Source: Solirubrobacteraceae bacterium
Lineage (GTDB): Bacteria > Actinomycetota > Thermoleophilia > Solirubrobacterales > Solirubrobacteraceae
Assembly: GCA_036513795.1 (NCBI GenBank)
Contig: DATBYJ010000121.1
Coordinates: forward strand, 1,190-65,189
Direction: 5' to 3'
Length of the DNA stretch: 64,000 bases
The position numbers were made by a program, and so were the translations under genes. This document shows positions 48,487 through 60,626 of this stretch, piece after piece (position 1 is the stretch's first letter; every line of letters starts with the position of its first letter). Under the pieces are notes generated by a model. That model was not told the origin of the DNA, made no database searches, and saw nothing but the letters and a program-made list of their open reading frames with translations.

Positions 48487-49047
48487 TCAGCTGAGATCTC
48501 CACTTGCCCGGCGCATTGCTCTTTCAGCGAGCGCGAGACTGTCGCTGGGAGCAAGTCCTGGCGACCCCGCTGCAGCGACTCGCCACGCCTCGAGCAGCGC
48601 CATTGGATCGGGGCCAAGCAGCGCAGCGAGCTGCACACCTAGCGCTACAGGGTCACTGGACGCAGCGGCAGCAGGCGCAGCAGCTTCGGACGCGGCAGGT
48701 GCAGGCGCAACCACTGCGGGCACAGAAGCTACGGGCGCAGCAGCGGGGCCGCCAGCTGCGGCAACGGCAGCCTGCAGAGATTGCTTTGCGGCGTCTAGCA
48801 CCCGCTGGGTGACGTCCTCGCTTCGACGCTGTGCAGAGCGCCAGCCGCGACCCATGCTCAGTTCCGTGACGTCGAGCTTTGGCCCTTCGAGGATCGTTAG
48901 TTTGGCGAGGTGGGGGCTCCATTTGCGTTCGCCTACGTCGATGACCTGTTCGCGCACCCACGGCTGCACGATCGCAGCGAGATCCTGCTCGCTTAGGTTG
49001 AAGCGCCAAGCGCTGTGCGGGAAGTGGCGCAGCTCTAGGTGATACAT
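48487..49047 (-). CDS. Hypothetical protein
   Basis: Start overlaps the methyltransferase stop; globular N-terminus with an Ala-rich linker. Confidence 0.65.
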   Translation of the reverse strand: MYHLELRHFPHSAWRFNLSEQDLAAIVQPWVREQVIDVGERKWSPHLAKLTILEGPKLDVTELSMGRGWRSAQRRSEDVTQRVLDAAKQSLQAAVAAAGGPAAAPVASVPAVVAPAPAASEAAAPAAAASSDPVALGVQLAALLGPDPMALLEAWRVAAAGSPGLAPSDSLALAERAMRRASGDLS

Positions 49048-49907
49048 CCGCCAGAGGCTTGCAGGTTCGCCTTGCTACTGCCAAGCCGTGTGCGCATGAT
49101 CTCAACAGCCTGCGGGTTGCAGTCGATCAGCACGTAGCGGCGTCCTAACGCCGTGGCAACCGCACCGAGGGTGCCGCTGCCGGCGAAGAAGTCAAGGCAC
49201 CAGTCCCCCGGGCGGGTGGATGCCTGGACGATGCGACGCAAGATGCCTTCCGGCTTTTGCGTGGGGTAGCCGGTCTTCTCACGACCGCTCGTGGGCACGA
49301 TCGTGTGCCACCACACATCCGTGGGGAGCTTGCCCCTGGCGGCCTTCTCCGGCGTGACCAGGCCCGGCGCCATGTACGGCTCGCGGTCGACCTTCTCCGA
49401 GTCGAAGAAGTAATGCACGGGGTCCTTCACGTACACGAGGATCGTGTCGTGCTTAGCTGGCCAGCGGCGCTTGCTGCGCGCGCCGTAGTCGTACGCCCAG
49501 ATGATCTCGTTCAGAAAGCAGTCTCGCCCGAAGATCTCATCGAGCAGCAGCTTGCAATGGTGAGCCTCGCGGTAGTCGATATGGAAGTACAGCGTCCCCT
49601 CTCGAGCCAGCAGTCGCTGCGCCTGCTCCAGGCGCGGCGCGAGGAAGTCCAGGTAGTCCTCGAAGGAGTCCTTGTAGCTCGAGTGGGCAAGCACGCTCGT
49701 CCTATAGCGCCGACCCTGGAAACCCATGTGCTGCCCGTCGTCGTCGCGCACCGCCGCGAGCGTCTTGCGCGCCTGCACCTTGCCGGTGTTGAACGGCGGA
49801 TCGATGTACACGAGCTGGAAGGACTGATCCGCGAACGCGGGCAGCAACTCCAGGTTCTCCCCCAGCAGGATCTGGTCGATCGCGGATGCACTGCTCGTGG
49901 CGCTCAC
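49035..49907 (-). CDS. Site-specific DNA methyltransferase (N6/N4, beta class)
   Basis: YIDPPF precedes YPTQKP and LDFFAGSGT. Confidence 0.92.
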   Translation of the reverse strand: MSATSSASAIDQILLGENLELLPAFADQSFQLVYIDPPFNTGKVQARKTLAAVRDDDGQHMGFQGRRYRTSVLAHSSYKDSFEDYLDFLAPRLEQAQRLLAREGTLYFHIDYREAHHCKLLLDEIFGRDCFLNEIIWAYDYGARSKRRWPAKHDTILVYVKDPVHYFFDSEKVDREPYMAPGLVTPEKAARGKLPTDVWWHTIVPTSGREKTGYPTQKPEGILRRIVQASTRPGDWCLDFFAGSGTLGAVATALGRRYVLIDCNPQAVEIMRTRLGSSKANLQASGGCIT

Positions 49908-49940
49908 CTCGCAGAGACTACGTTCGCCGCCCGATGGAGC

Positions 49941-52355
49941 TCACCGCCGCTGGAGCTCGACCCACTGGTAGCTACTGCCACACAGCGCCTGCCACTGCGA
50001 AGTAGGGACCGTACGAAGCGTCGCCTGCGAGCCGGCGCCCACGGGCGTGAGGAAGATCGCATCGAGCACTGCCGAGCCCAGTTCGCCGGGGCCAAGCCCC
50101 GCGCTCGTACGCGTCAACGACAGACTGTGCGTGCCCGGTGAGAGCAGCAAGGGAACCGGTGGGATCGTGTCTGCAACGAGTGAGTTGCCGCTCAGCTGCC
50201 CCGCGATCGACGCGATCTCGCGACCATCCACGCCTAGCCGCACAGTGGGCATGACCTCGCCCTGCACCCATACCTCCCAGCGCCCGCCAGCAGGGATGGT
50301 GAAGCGGGCATGCAACGTCCCCGCCTCCCCCATGACAAGCGCTCGACGCTCATGCCCCCAAGCGGCGGGGTGCACAGAGCGCCCGAGGCGGATACGGACG
50401 ATTGTGGGCGCCCGGGAGGCTGTAAGGAGAGTTGGAGTGCGCGCGGTCACCGATCGCGCAAGGTGTTCAATCGCGTGGCACTGTGCGCTGGCGGATCCTC
50501 CGAGTGGGACATGCTCGAGCGCCGCAGGTACTCCCTTGCGCCGCCCCCACACTTGGTAGTAGCGACCCTGCCACAGCAGGCGGTAGGCAGCCGGCGGCCG
50601 GCTGGCAAGTGGGTCGGCGCGGGTCACTATCAGCGGATAGGCAAGCAGCGCCGTGGGCGAGATCCGATCGAGATCGACTGGCTGGCCGTAGCCTCCCGCA
50701 GCCGCGGCAAGCGCCGCAGGTGGGTAGACGAAGTCGGGCCCGCCCACGTCGAGCTTGCGCAGCTCGTACATCGAGTATTCGTCGAAGTCCGTGAACAGGG
50801 TCGGCCCGTTGCCCGCAAATCGCGCGTCCAGCGACGCGAGCTCTTCGTAGCGGGCGCTCGGCGCAAGATTGGAGGCGCGGTACTGCATCGCGTCGGACAC
50901 CACCACGCCGCCCACAAGCGCGAGTGCCAGCAACCCGGCCGCCACCAGCGAGATACTGCGACGAGGCGCCATGCGCAGCGCGCCCACCCCTCCCCACGCG
51001 AGCAGCACCACCACCGGCGAGGTAAGCATCAATGTCTTGGCGCTTCCCCAGGTGGTCACCCAGCGGCTGATCGCAAGCCACGCGAGCAGCATCAGCGCCA
51101 CCCATACGATCAGCGCATACGCGCGAATTCGCAGCAGATTCAACGCACCGAGCACCGCCGCCAGCAGCGTCACGAGGAGCAGCACATGGGTGAACGCGAG
51201 CGCGCTACCCACGGGCGCGAGCTTGTAGCTGCCGTTCAGCCATACCCCCAGCACCTGCTCCGCGCGCAGCGGACTGTGAAGGTTGCCGGAGTTGCTGGTG
51301 GACGCAATCGCATTCGCAACCTTCAGCGAGCCGGACAAATCAACCCAGGTGGGCCACGCTGCAATCAGCGCTGCGAGCGTACCCACGCCAACCAGAGACG
51401 CGATTCGCCACCCCTCCCCCTCCTGCCGAACCCGTTGCGAGAGATCTCTCGCGGACAAGACCACGAGCACGGCCACTGCCACAAGCACCCACGCGCCGAA
51501 CGCCACCCCCAGCGCGGAGACCCCCGCGCCGGCCACAAGCGCAAACGGGATCGCGGCGGTGGCACGCGCATACAGCCAGTTGCGGTGGGCGACCACCAGC
51601 GCGCCGAGGGCGAGGATCATGGACAGGGCGGTGATCTCCTTGACCGAGCCGAACAGCGCGTACGCGTACACGAGCGCCGGTACGACGGCAGTGAGCGCGG
51701 CGAGCGCTGCCCACAGACCTCGCAGGCGCATCCGCTGTGCGAGCAGCCACGCCGGTCCAGCCGCGGTGGCGAGCATGAACGCGTTGAACGGCTGGAAGGC
51801 CCAGATCAACGGCAGCCCCAGCAGGAACGCGCTGCCGCCGAAAAGCGCGTCCGCCCCGGACGGGTAGCTGGTGTTGTAGTAGTCGTTGATGAACTGCCCG
51901 TAGGAGTTGCGCAGGTCCAGGTGCACATAGTGCTGGCCATGGCTGATCAGGAAGTCAGCTCCAATCAGGTGCACGGCGGAGTCCGACAGCGCCATGAACG
52001 AGGACATCGTGGTGCGGCCCGAGAGCAGCACCGGCGCCAACGCGAGCACATACGCGAGCACGCATGCAGCCAGCGGCCAGGGCTGGCGGCTGATGCGCCG
52101 CGCGAAGCTGCAAGCCCTTCCCCACCCCGCCACGACCCCAGCGATCGCAAAAGCCGCCATCACGTATGGCGTAGCGCGTGCCAGCGGGTAGGCGTAGGTA
52201 CTCAACTGCGAGAGCGCAATCAGCGCAGCGACGCCGACCGTCGGTAGCAGCGCACCTGGCAGCCAGCCGCCGCTGAAGCGATCGACGAGTAGCCCCGCAC
52301 CCGCACAGAGCGCCGCTAGCACGCACGGATAGAGCAGCGCGGTGGCGATGAACAT
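49941..52355 (-). CDS. Polytopic membrane protein with C-terminal extracellular domain (GT-C-like)
   Basis: More than 12 hydrophobic segments; SDSAVH and YPSG in an early loop; KE in a TM segment. Confidence 0.7.
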   Translation of the reverse strand: MFIATALLYPCVLAALCAGAGLLVDRFSGGWLPGALLPTVGVAALIALSQLSTYAYPLARATPYVMAAFAIAGVVAGWGRACSFARRISRQPWPLAACVLAYVLALAPVLLSGRTTMSSFMALSDSAVHLIGADFLISHGQHYVHLDLRNSYGQFINDYYNTSYPSGADALFGGSAFLLGLPLIWAFQPFNAFMLATAAGPAWLLAQRMRLRGLWAALAALTAVVPALVYAYALFGSVKEITALSMILALGALVVAHRNWLYARATAAIPFALVAGAGVSALGVAFGAWVLVAVAVLVVLSARDLSQRVRQEGEGWRIASLVGVGTLAALIAAWPTWVDLSGSLKVANAIASTSNSGNLHSPLRAEQVLGVWLNGSYKLAPVGSALAFTHVLLLVTLLAAVLGALNLLRIRAYALIVWVALMLLAWLAISRWVTTWGSAKTLMLTSPVVVLLAWGGVGALRMAPRRSISLVAAGLLALALVGGVVVSDAMQYRASNLAPSARYEELASLDARFAGNGPTLFTDFDEYSMYELRKLDVGGPDFVYPPAALAAAAGGYGQPVDLDRISPTALLAYPLIVTRADPLASRPPAAYRLLWQGRYYQVWGRRKGVPAALEHVPLGGSASAQCHAIEHLARSVTARTPTLLTASRAPTIVRIRLGRSVHPAAWGHERRALVMGEAGTLHARFTIPAGGRWEVWVQGEVMPTVRLGVDGREIASIAGQLSGNSLVADTIPPVPLLLSPGTHSLSLTRTSAGLGPGELGSAVLDAIFLTPVGAGSQATLRTVPTSQWQALCGSSYQWVELQRR

Positions 52356-52487
52356 CAGCGCCCCAGCTGGACTCGAACCAGCAGCCGTTCGAACGGCAGA
52401 CACCGTAGAGGCAAGCGGCGCAATGCTACATAGCGCCCGCTCAAGCCCCCACATGCACAACCCTTAGACTCACGATCAACTGGGTAA

Positions 52488-54621
<2,134 letters not shown>

Positions 54622-54689
54622 GGGCCCAGATCTGCAACATGGTGCCCTACTTAGACGCGCTTGAACAGAAATCTGTAAAAGTTGCATCC

Positions 54690-55541
54690 ATGAGCCCAGT
54701 AGAGAGCGACGAAGACCTGACCCGTAAGCAGCGCCGCGAGCAGGCGCGTGCCGATCGCAAGGCGATGGAGGAGGCCGCAGCCGCGGCCATCGTGCGCCGC
54801 ACCCGCTTGACCCAACTCGGCGTCGTTGGCGCGATCGTGGTGGTGGCGGTAGTTGTGATCCTGATCGCCACCAGCGGCGGCTCCAAAGCCCCGCCCAAGG
54901 TCAACAGCCCCGAAGCGAAAGGGAAGGACGCGGCAGTAGCGCAACTGCTCACCGGCATTCCCCAGAGCGGGAGCGTCCTCGGCAATCCGACAGCGCCGAT
55001 AACGCTTCAGTACTTCGGTGACCTGGAGTGCCCGATCTGCGCGAAATTCACGCTCGGCTCGCTGCCAACGGTCATCCCGAAGTGGGTGCGCACAGGCAAG
55101 CTGAAGATCGAATATCGCTCCCTGTCCACAGCCACCGGTAACGCCGAAGCAAGCGGCTCTGAGCCCAAGGAAATCTTCAAGGACCAGCAGGTCGCGGCGC
55201 TGGCCGCGGGCAAGCAGAACAAAGCCTGGGACTTCATCGAGACCTTCTACCACGAGCAGGGAGAAGAGGACACCGGCTACGTGACCGAAAACTTCATCCA
55301 GGGAATCGCCAAGCAGGTACCCGGCCTGAACCTGTCGACGTGGACGGCCGACCGCAGCGATCCGCTGCTGGCGACACAGGTGACCGCCACCGACGCGCAG
55401 GCGGCCAACAACAACGGCTTCACCGGCACACCGTCCTTCCTCATCGGCCGCAGCGGCGGCGCGATGAGCAAGCTCGAATACACCAACCCTGAAGACCCCA
55501 CGTTCATCAACGAAGCCGTCGAAAAACTCCTTAAGGAATAG
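54690..55541 (+). CDS. DsbA-like membrane-anchored thioredoxin-fold protein
   Basis: TM anchor; LGNPTAPIT; CPIC; GTPSF cis-Pro. Confidence 0.9.
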   Translation: MSPVESDEDLTRKQRREQARADRKAMEEAAAAAIVRRTRLTQLGVVGAIVVVAVVVILIATSGGSKAPPKVNSPEAKGKDAAVAQLLTGIPQSGSVLGNPTAPITLQYFGDLECPICAKFTLGSLPTVIPKWVRTGKLKIEYRSLSTATGNAEASGSEPKEIFKDQQVAALAAGKQNKAWDFIETFYHEQGEEDTGYVTENFIQGIAKQVPGLNLSTWTADRSDPLLATQVTATDAQAANNNGFTGTPSFLIGRSGGAMSKLEYTNPEDPTFINEAVEKLLKE

Positions 55542-55551
55542 GAGCCGGGCC

Positions 55552-56043
55552 ATGAGCTCACGAGCCCTGAGGATCACGCTGATCGTGCTCACGCTCCTCG
55601 GGCTCGCGGTGGCCAGCTACGTAACCTACGTCCACTACGCGGGGATCAAGCCGGCGTGTACGTCGGGTGAAAGCTGCACGAAGGTGCAGACCTCGCGTTA
55701 CGCGGAGCTCGAGGGCGTGCCAGTAGCGCTGATCGGCCTGATCGGATACGTGGCGATCCTCCTGACCCTGCTGGCCCCCGACGGTGAGAACACGAGGTTT
55801 GCGCTCGCGGGCCTGACGGTTGGCGGCTTCGCCTTCAGCGCCTACCTGACCTACCGCGAGCTCTTCTCCATCCACGCGATCTGCGAGGAGTGCGCCTCGA
55901 GCGCGGTGATCATGACGATCATGATGTGCTTGGCGGTGTGGCGCTTCCTGCGTGGCGAGACACCCCCAGGATTGGCTGCAGCCTCCGCGGCCGAACAGAG
56001 CACCGCGCCTGACTCAGCCGCGCCGCTCAGCAGCGCTTCCTAA
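55552..56043 (+). CDS. Vitamin K epoxide reductase (VKOR) family protein
   Basis: Loop cysteines CTSGESC, VQTSRYA, active-site CEEC. Confidence 0.92.
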   Translation: MSSRALRITLIVLTLLGLAVASYVTYVHYAGIKPACTSGESCTKVQTSRYAELEGVPVALIGLIGYVAILLTLLAPDGENTRFALAGLTVGGFAFSAYLTYRELFSIHAICEECASSAVIMTIMMCLAVWRFLRGETPPGLAAASAAEQSTAPDSAAPLSSAS

Positions 56044-56164
56044 CCCGAAGCCGCTGCACCAACCGCGCCCGTCTGGGAGTCGGGTATCTATCCTGGCCAA
56101 TCCGTCCAGTGGCGGCAGCCTGGTCCGGGCAACAGCGCCGCGGGAGCCGACGTGATCAGCAAGC

Positions 56165-57934
56165 ATGGCTTCCCACGCGACGAGCACCCAGGCCCACGCC
56201 AGCATCGAATCGACGCTCGGCGGCGAGGCGCGTATCGCCCGCCTATTCGAGATGACAAGCGATCTACTGGCGACGATCTCGCTGGATGGCCACTTCACGC
56301 TTTTGAACCCAGCATGGGAGCAGTTGTTGGGCTGGAGCGGCGATGAGCTGCGCGGGCGCCCAATCCGGGAGTTCATGCATCCAGGGGACGCCGAGCAAGC
56401 GCTCGAGCTGATGCTCGCGGACAGCGGCCGAGCAACCCAAATCGAGGACCTCACCACCCGCTACCGCCACCGCGACGGCTCGTGGCGATGGCTGCTGTGG
56501 AGCGCGCGCCGGGACGGCGAGACCTGGTACGCCGCCGCCAAGGACGTCACCGACCGCATGTGGCTCGAGCGCCAAGCGCTGCACGACCCTTTGACCCGCC
56601 TGCCCAACCGGCTGCTGCTGATGGACCGAGCGCGCCAGGCACTCGCGCGCCTGAGTCGCCACCGCAATCCCGGTGTGGTGGCAATGCTGTTCATCGACCT
56701 CGACAAGTTCAAGGCCGTCAACGACAACCTCGGCCACGATGTCGGCGACCGGCTGCTGATCTCCGTCTCCGAACGCCTGGCGGAGCTGATGCGCGACAGC
56801 GACACCGTCGCGCGACTCGGCGGCGATGAGTTCGTGATCCTGATCGAGGACATCGAGAACGACGGCGAGGCATTGGCTCTGGCAGAGCGTGTGCTCGATG
56901 CACTCGAGAAGCCATTCCCGCTGGGCTCCTCCGACGTGGCGATGCTGGCAAGCGTAGGCGTGTCGGTCTCCCATCACCCGGACACAGACCCTGAGGCGAT
57001 GCTGCGTGAGGCCGACGTGGCCATGTATCGGGCCAAGGGCGCCGGCGGGCGCCGCTTGGAACTGTTCGACGATCGCCTGCGCCGAGAGCGCGACAGCCAC
57101 ACGGAGATCGAAGGCCGGCTGCGTAACGCACTACCCCAGCGCGAGCTGGTGCTGGCCTATCAACCAATCCTGCGACTTGCCGGCGGTCAGGCAATTGGAG
57201 CAGAGGCGCTCGTGCGCTGGCGTCCGACACGCGACGGGCGTGCAGGTAAGGCAGAGATGCTGCCGGCGACGTTCCTACCACCGGCAGAGGACAGCGAGCT
57301 GATCGTGCAGATCGGCAACTGGGTGCTCCACGCCGCGTGCGCACAGGCAGAGATCTGGCGACGCAACGGGATCACCATTCCCGTCTCGGTGAACATCTCC
57401 GCGCGAGAGCTGACCGAGCTCGATCTTGCAGAGCGGGTGCGCGAGGAGCTCGCGTATTGCCGTTTGCCAGGTCGCGCACTGTGCCTGGAGATCAGCGAGG
57501 AGGCCGTCCTGCGCGATCCCGAGCGAGCTCGCTCGGCGCTGAAGGACCTGAAGCGTCTGGGCGTTCTGATCGCGCTCGACAAATTCGGCTTCAGCCAGCT
57601 GTCGATCGGCCTGCCGAGCAATCTGCCGCTGGACGTCGTCAAGCTCGACCGTGGGCTGACTGAAAACTTCCACCAGGACAAGGACCGGCGAGCGATGTTC
57701 GCGGCGACGATCGCTCTCGCCAAGGAGGCGGGCCTTACAGCTGTGGCGGTGGGGATAGAAACCAACCGCCAGCTCGCGCTGGCAAGGGAGCTCGACTGCT
57801 CGGTGGGACAGGGCTTCCTGCTGCACAGCCCAGCATCCGCTGAGCGTGTCCGTCTCAGAGGGACCGCCGGGGCGGTAACGTCCGCACCATGGCGTCCTCT
57901 CGTCCGACTGCGCGGCAACGACGATCGCCGCTGA
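56165..57934 (+). CDS. PAS-GGDEF-EAL protein with degenerate EAL
   Basis: HPGD PAS; DLDKFKAVND; RDSD I-site; GGDEF; EAL present but DKFGFS and AVGIE replace DDFGTG and AEGVE. Confidence 0.92.
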   Translation: MASHATSTQAHASIESTLGGEARIARLFEMTSDLLATISLDGHFTLLNPAWEQLLGWSGDELRGRPIREFMHPGDAEQALELMLADSGRATQIEDLTTRYRHRDGSWRWLLWSARRDGETWYAAAKDVTDRMWLERQALHDPLTRLPNRLLLMDRARQALARLSRHRNPGVVAMLFIDLDKFKAVNDNLGHDVGDRLLISVSERLAELMRDSDTVARLGGDEFVILIEDIENDGEALALAERVLDALEKPFPLGSSDVAMLASVGVSVSHHPDTDPEAMLREADVAMYRAKGAGGRRLELFDDRLRRERDSHTEIEGRLRNALPQRELVLAYQPILRLAGGQAIGAEALVRWRPTRDGRAGKAEMLPATFLPPAEDSELIVQIGNWVLHAACAQAEIWRRNGITIPVSVNISARELTELDLAERVREELAYCRLPGRALCLEISEEAVLRDPERARSALKDLKRLGVLIALDKFGFSQLSIGLPSNLPLDVVKLDRGLTENFHQDKDRRAMFAATIALAKEAGLTAVAVGIETNRQLALARELDCSVGQGFLLHSPASAERVRLRGTAGAVTSAPWRPLVRLRGNDDRR

Positions 57935-58599
57935 GCAGCGACGCGGCACTCGCTGAGCAAAAGCGCGCGGCCGCGCGCGCGGCCGCTGAGCTGCTCGAGG
58001 ACGGCATGCGGGTTGGCCTGGGAACGGGCTCCACAGTTGCACACCTGCTGCCCGCAATCGCCGAGCGTGGCCTGATCGGGCTGCGCTGCGTTGCGACCTC
58101 GCCGGCCACCGAAACGGCAGCGCGAGCGCTGGGCTTGTCGATACATCTGCTCGACGAGCTGGGTGAGCTCGACGTCGCCATCGACGGCGCCGACGAGATC
58201 GACCCGCGCGGCTGGCTCGTGAAGGGCGGCGGCGGAGCGCATACGCGCGAGAAGATCGTCGCGAGCGCAGCGAAACGGTTCGTGGTGATCGCCTCGGCCG
58301 AGAAGGCCGTCGTGGAGCTGTCGCCACCGGTACCCCTCGAGCTGGTGGCCTTCGGTGTGCAGCGCACGCTCCTGGATCTCCAGCCAGCGCGCCTGCGCGA
58401 CGTCGAGCACAGCCCGGACGGGGGACTGATCGGCGACTACCTAGGGCCGGTCGAGGACCCACTGGAGCTATCCGCCCGGCTCAGCGCCACCCCTGGCGTA
58501 GTCGAGCACGGCCTGTTCGCACCGGAGATGGTCAGCCTGGTGCTGATCGCCGGCGAGCACGGCGTCGAGCGCCGCGCGGGCGCCAAGCGCCAGGATTAA
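57889..58599 (+). CDS. rpiA: Ribose-5-phosphate isomerase A
   Basis: GLGTGST, DGADE, KGGGGAHTREK, GVVEHGLF; true start may be near 57931. Confidence 0.93.
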   Translation: MASSRPTARQRRSPLSSDAALAEQKRAAARAAAELLEDGMRVGLGTGSTVAHLLPAIAERGLIGLRCVATSPATETAARALGLSIHLLDELGELDVAIDGADEIDPRGWLVKGGGGAHTREKIVASAAKRFVVIASAEKAVVELSPPVPLELVAFGVQRTLLDLQPARLRDVEHSPDGGLIGDYLGPVEDPLELSARLSATPGVVEHGLFAPEMVSLVLIAGEHGVERRAGAKRQD

Positions 58600-58632
58600 T
58601 CCTGCCCGCTTAAGGACTAATCCTGCCCGCTT
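58586..58632. repeat. Short REP-like motif cluster between convergent genes
   Basis: TAATCCTGCCCGCTT at 58597 and 58618, plus an inverted near-copy forming the palindrome CAGGATTAATCCTG. Confidence 0.7.
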
Positions 58633-59201
58633 GTTGGGCGAAGCTCTTCCTCGTAGGACATTGGATGGCGCGCAAGCACACCGTCCTCGGCAATCACGTA
58701 CGCACCCATGCGCAAAAGCGGTGGCGAATAGACGTGCAGCGTCACGGCTGGATCGGAGCCGGCATGACTCACACGGTGGATGTCCGCCGCCGAGAAGTGG
58801 AAGCTCGCACCGGCACGGAAAACACCTTGACGTGGCGGGCCATCGATCGTCAGACGCTCCTCGCGCACAGCGCCGCTCACAACCGCTACCGCACCTGCTG
58901 AGACATCGTGATCGTGAAAGCCCGTGTCGTGCTCGTCCATCCAGCAGATGAGCCATGCCGTCACATGCTCATCGCTGAGCAGCTCCTCATACACACGCTG
59001 GGTGCTGTCGTGCTTGACGAGATGAATCCACAGCTCGGGCCGGTCGGCCAGCTCGCCCACAAACGCCTCCAACTCGGGGCCTGACAGGTCACGCCCGAAG
59101 GGCCGTGGAACCTTGGCTAGCCCATCCGACGCCGCAAGCAGCGACGCGGGCGCGAGCGGCGTGGTGAGCGCTGGGACGGCAGGGCGCGATGCGACGCTCA
59201 T
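58617..59201 (-). CDS. Cysteine dioxygenase family (cupin) protein
   Basis: WLICW...TGFHDH, IHRV, LHVYSPPL; ATGA-coupled to the amidohydrolase. Confidence 0.88.
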   Translation of the reverse strand: MSVASRPAVPALTTPLAPASLLAASDGLAKVPRPFGRDLSGPELEAFVGELADRPELWIHLVKHDSTQRVYEELLSDEHVTAWLICWMDEHDTGFHDHDVSAGAVAVVSGAVREERLTIDGPPRQGVFRAGASFHFSAADIHRVSHAGSDPAVTLHVYSPPLLRMGAYVIAEDGVLARHPMSYEEELRPTSGQD

Positions 59202-60145
59202 CTTACCAGCTCCATGCTCTGCACGTCGAGCACGCGACTGGTGCTGTCGGCGAGAGAGCCCCAATCGAGTCCCTCGAGCAGCGCGTGCTCGCGCGGATCG
59301 ACCACCGGCCGGTCAGACCCGTAGAGGAGCTGCTCGTAACCGACCGACTCGGCGAAGACGGCTGTCGCGGCTGGGCCATACGAGGATGTCTCATAGAAGG
59401 TAAGAGGGTCGGGCGAATGCAGCGGCGGCCCGCCGCGCGAGCAAAGGCGCTCGGAGTGCAGCGGCGCCAGCCCAGCGAGCATTGCGAAGACCACCCTCAG
59501 GCGCGGATGACTCGAGCGCCCGGCGACAAGGAACGCCAGCCACGCCTCCTGCATGCAGGCGACGTAGTCGGTGAGCGCGGGCCACCACAACGGGGCGTCA
59601 AAAGACCTGTCCACGCCCAAGCGCACAGCATCTACTTGCTGTCGCGGCCCCGGATGCACGAACAGAGGCGCACCCAGTGACTCCAGGCGCGCGAGTATCG
59701 GCTGCAGGCCGGCGATCGCCTCAACACCGGCGAGCGCGCCGGCGGGAAGCGACAGGCCGACACAACCGCGCGCGAGCGCGCGATCGACGTCGTCGGGATC
59801 GGCGCGATCCAACGCGATAGCCCCCCACACACCAAATCGATCGCCCAGTGAGAGCGCTCCCTCGTGGTAGGCGTCGATCAGGGCTCGTGCCTGCCGGCGC
59901 GGCAGCCACTCGATTCCAAGTGGACTCGAAAGACACACGAGCGCCTGGTCGAGACCGTCGCGCTCGACCAGTTGCGCGCGGCATACAGGGTCCTCGCCTG
60001 CCAGATCGATCACATACGGACGCTCTCCCGCGAGATACAGCACGGTCAGTCCATGCTCGTCGCGCACGAACGGGAGCTCGCTCCTCTCAGCAAGCGCCTG
60101 CACTAGCGGCTCGGTCCAAAGGTGTTGGTGTATGTCGATCTTCAT
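59198..60145 (-). CDS. Amidohydrolase family protein
   Basis: IDIHQH, FVHPG, YETSSYG, LYGSDRP. Confidence 0.88.
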   Translation of the reverse strand: MKIDIHQHLWTEPLVQALAERSELPFVRDEHGLTVLYLAGERPYVIDLAGEDPVCRAQLVERDGLDQALVCLSSPLGIEWLPRRQARALIDAYHEGALSLGDRFGVWGAIALDRADPDDVDRALARGCVGLSLPAGALAGVEAIAGLQPILARLESLGAPLFVHPGPRQQVDAVRLGVDRSFDAPLWWPALTDYVACMQEAWLAFLVAGRSSHPRLRVVFAMLAGLAPLHSERLCSRGGPPLHSPDPLTFYETSSYGPAATAVFAESVGYEQLLYGSDRPVVDPREHALLEGLDWGSLADSTSRVLDVQSMELVR

Positions 60146-60265
60146 CAGAATTCCGATCTAATTTATGGAGAATACCATATGCATCGACCTCGTCAGCCGA
60201 TGCAGTAGCGCTGCACTGGACCCTGCAGCCAGGCTGCCCGGTCCACCAACCAGACGCGAGAGCGC

Positions 60266-60496
60266 CTACAGCCCGGCGCGAGCCAGCAACTCGGAGACCA
60301 GCATCCCAAGCGCCCCGGCGACCTTCAACAGCGTCTCCAGAGTCAGATTGAACTCGCCCCGCTCAACAGCCCCCATGTAGGACCGGTCCAAGCCCGCAGC
60401 CAGGGCAAACGCTTCCTGGGTGTAGCCGTGCTCTTTGCGGGCGTCGCGAATGGCATGGCCCACAGCTTCGCTGACGGCGGTCTTCCGTTTCGGCAT
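60266..60496 (-). CDS. XRE family HTH protein (76 aa)
   Basis: TQEAFALAAGLDRSYMGAVERGEFNLTL. Confidence 0.9.
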   Translation of the reverse strand: MPKRKTAVSEAVGHAIRDARKEHGYTQEAFALAAGLDRSYMGAVERGEFNLTLETLLKVAGALGMLVSELLARAGL

Positions 60497-60626
60497 CGGT
60501 CCATAGCTTGCCGGAATGCTGCGATCTATTCCACCGTGCATAACACCACCGTCTGAATACAGCGTTCCAGCTTGCGGCCCACCTAGGCCCGCCTGGCAGT
60601 CCACCTAGGACCTACTAGCAGCCCGC

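Noticed and set aside
48142-48642. ORFs spanning tRNA-His as an integrase remnant
   Set aside because: No tyrosine or serine recombinase motifs; they overlap the tRNA
50310-52247. 645 aa + strand ORF (and similar long Arg-rich ORFs such as 52682..54121, 17267..18718, 4642..5892)
   Set aside because: Shadow frames of well-supported genes in high-GC DNA; no motifs
60150-60175. AT-rich weak palindrome before the amidohydrolase as an Rrf2-type site
   Set aside because: Symmetry is too weak and there is no second copy or cognate regulator in the window
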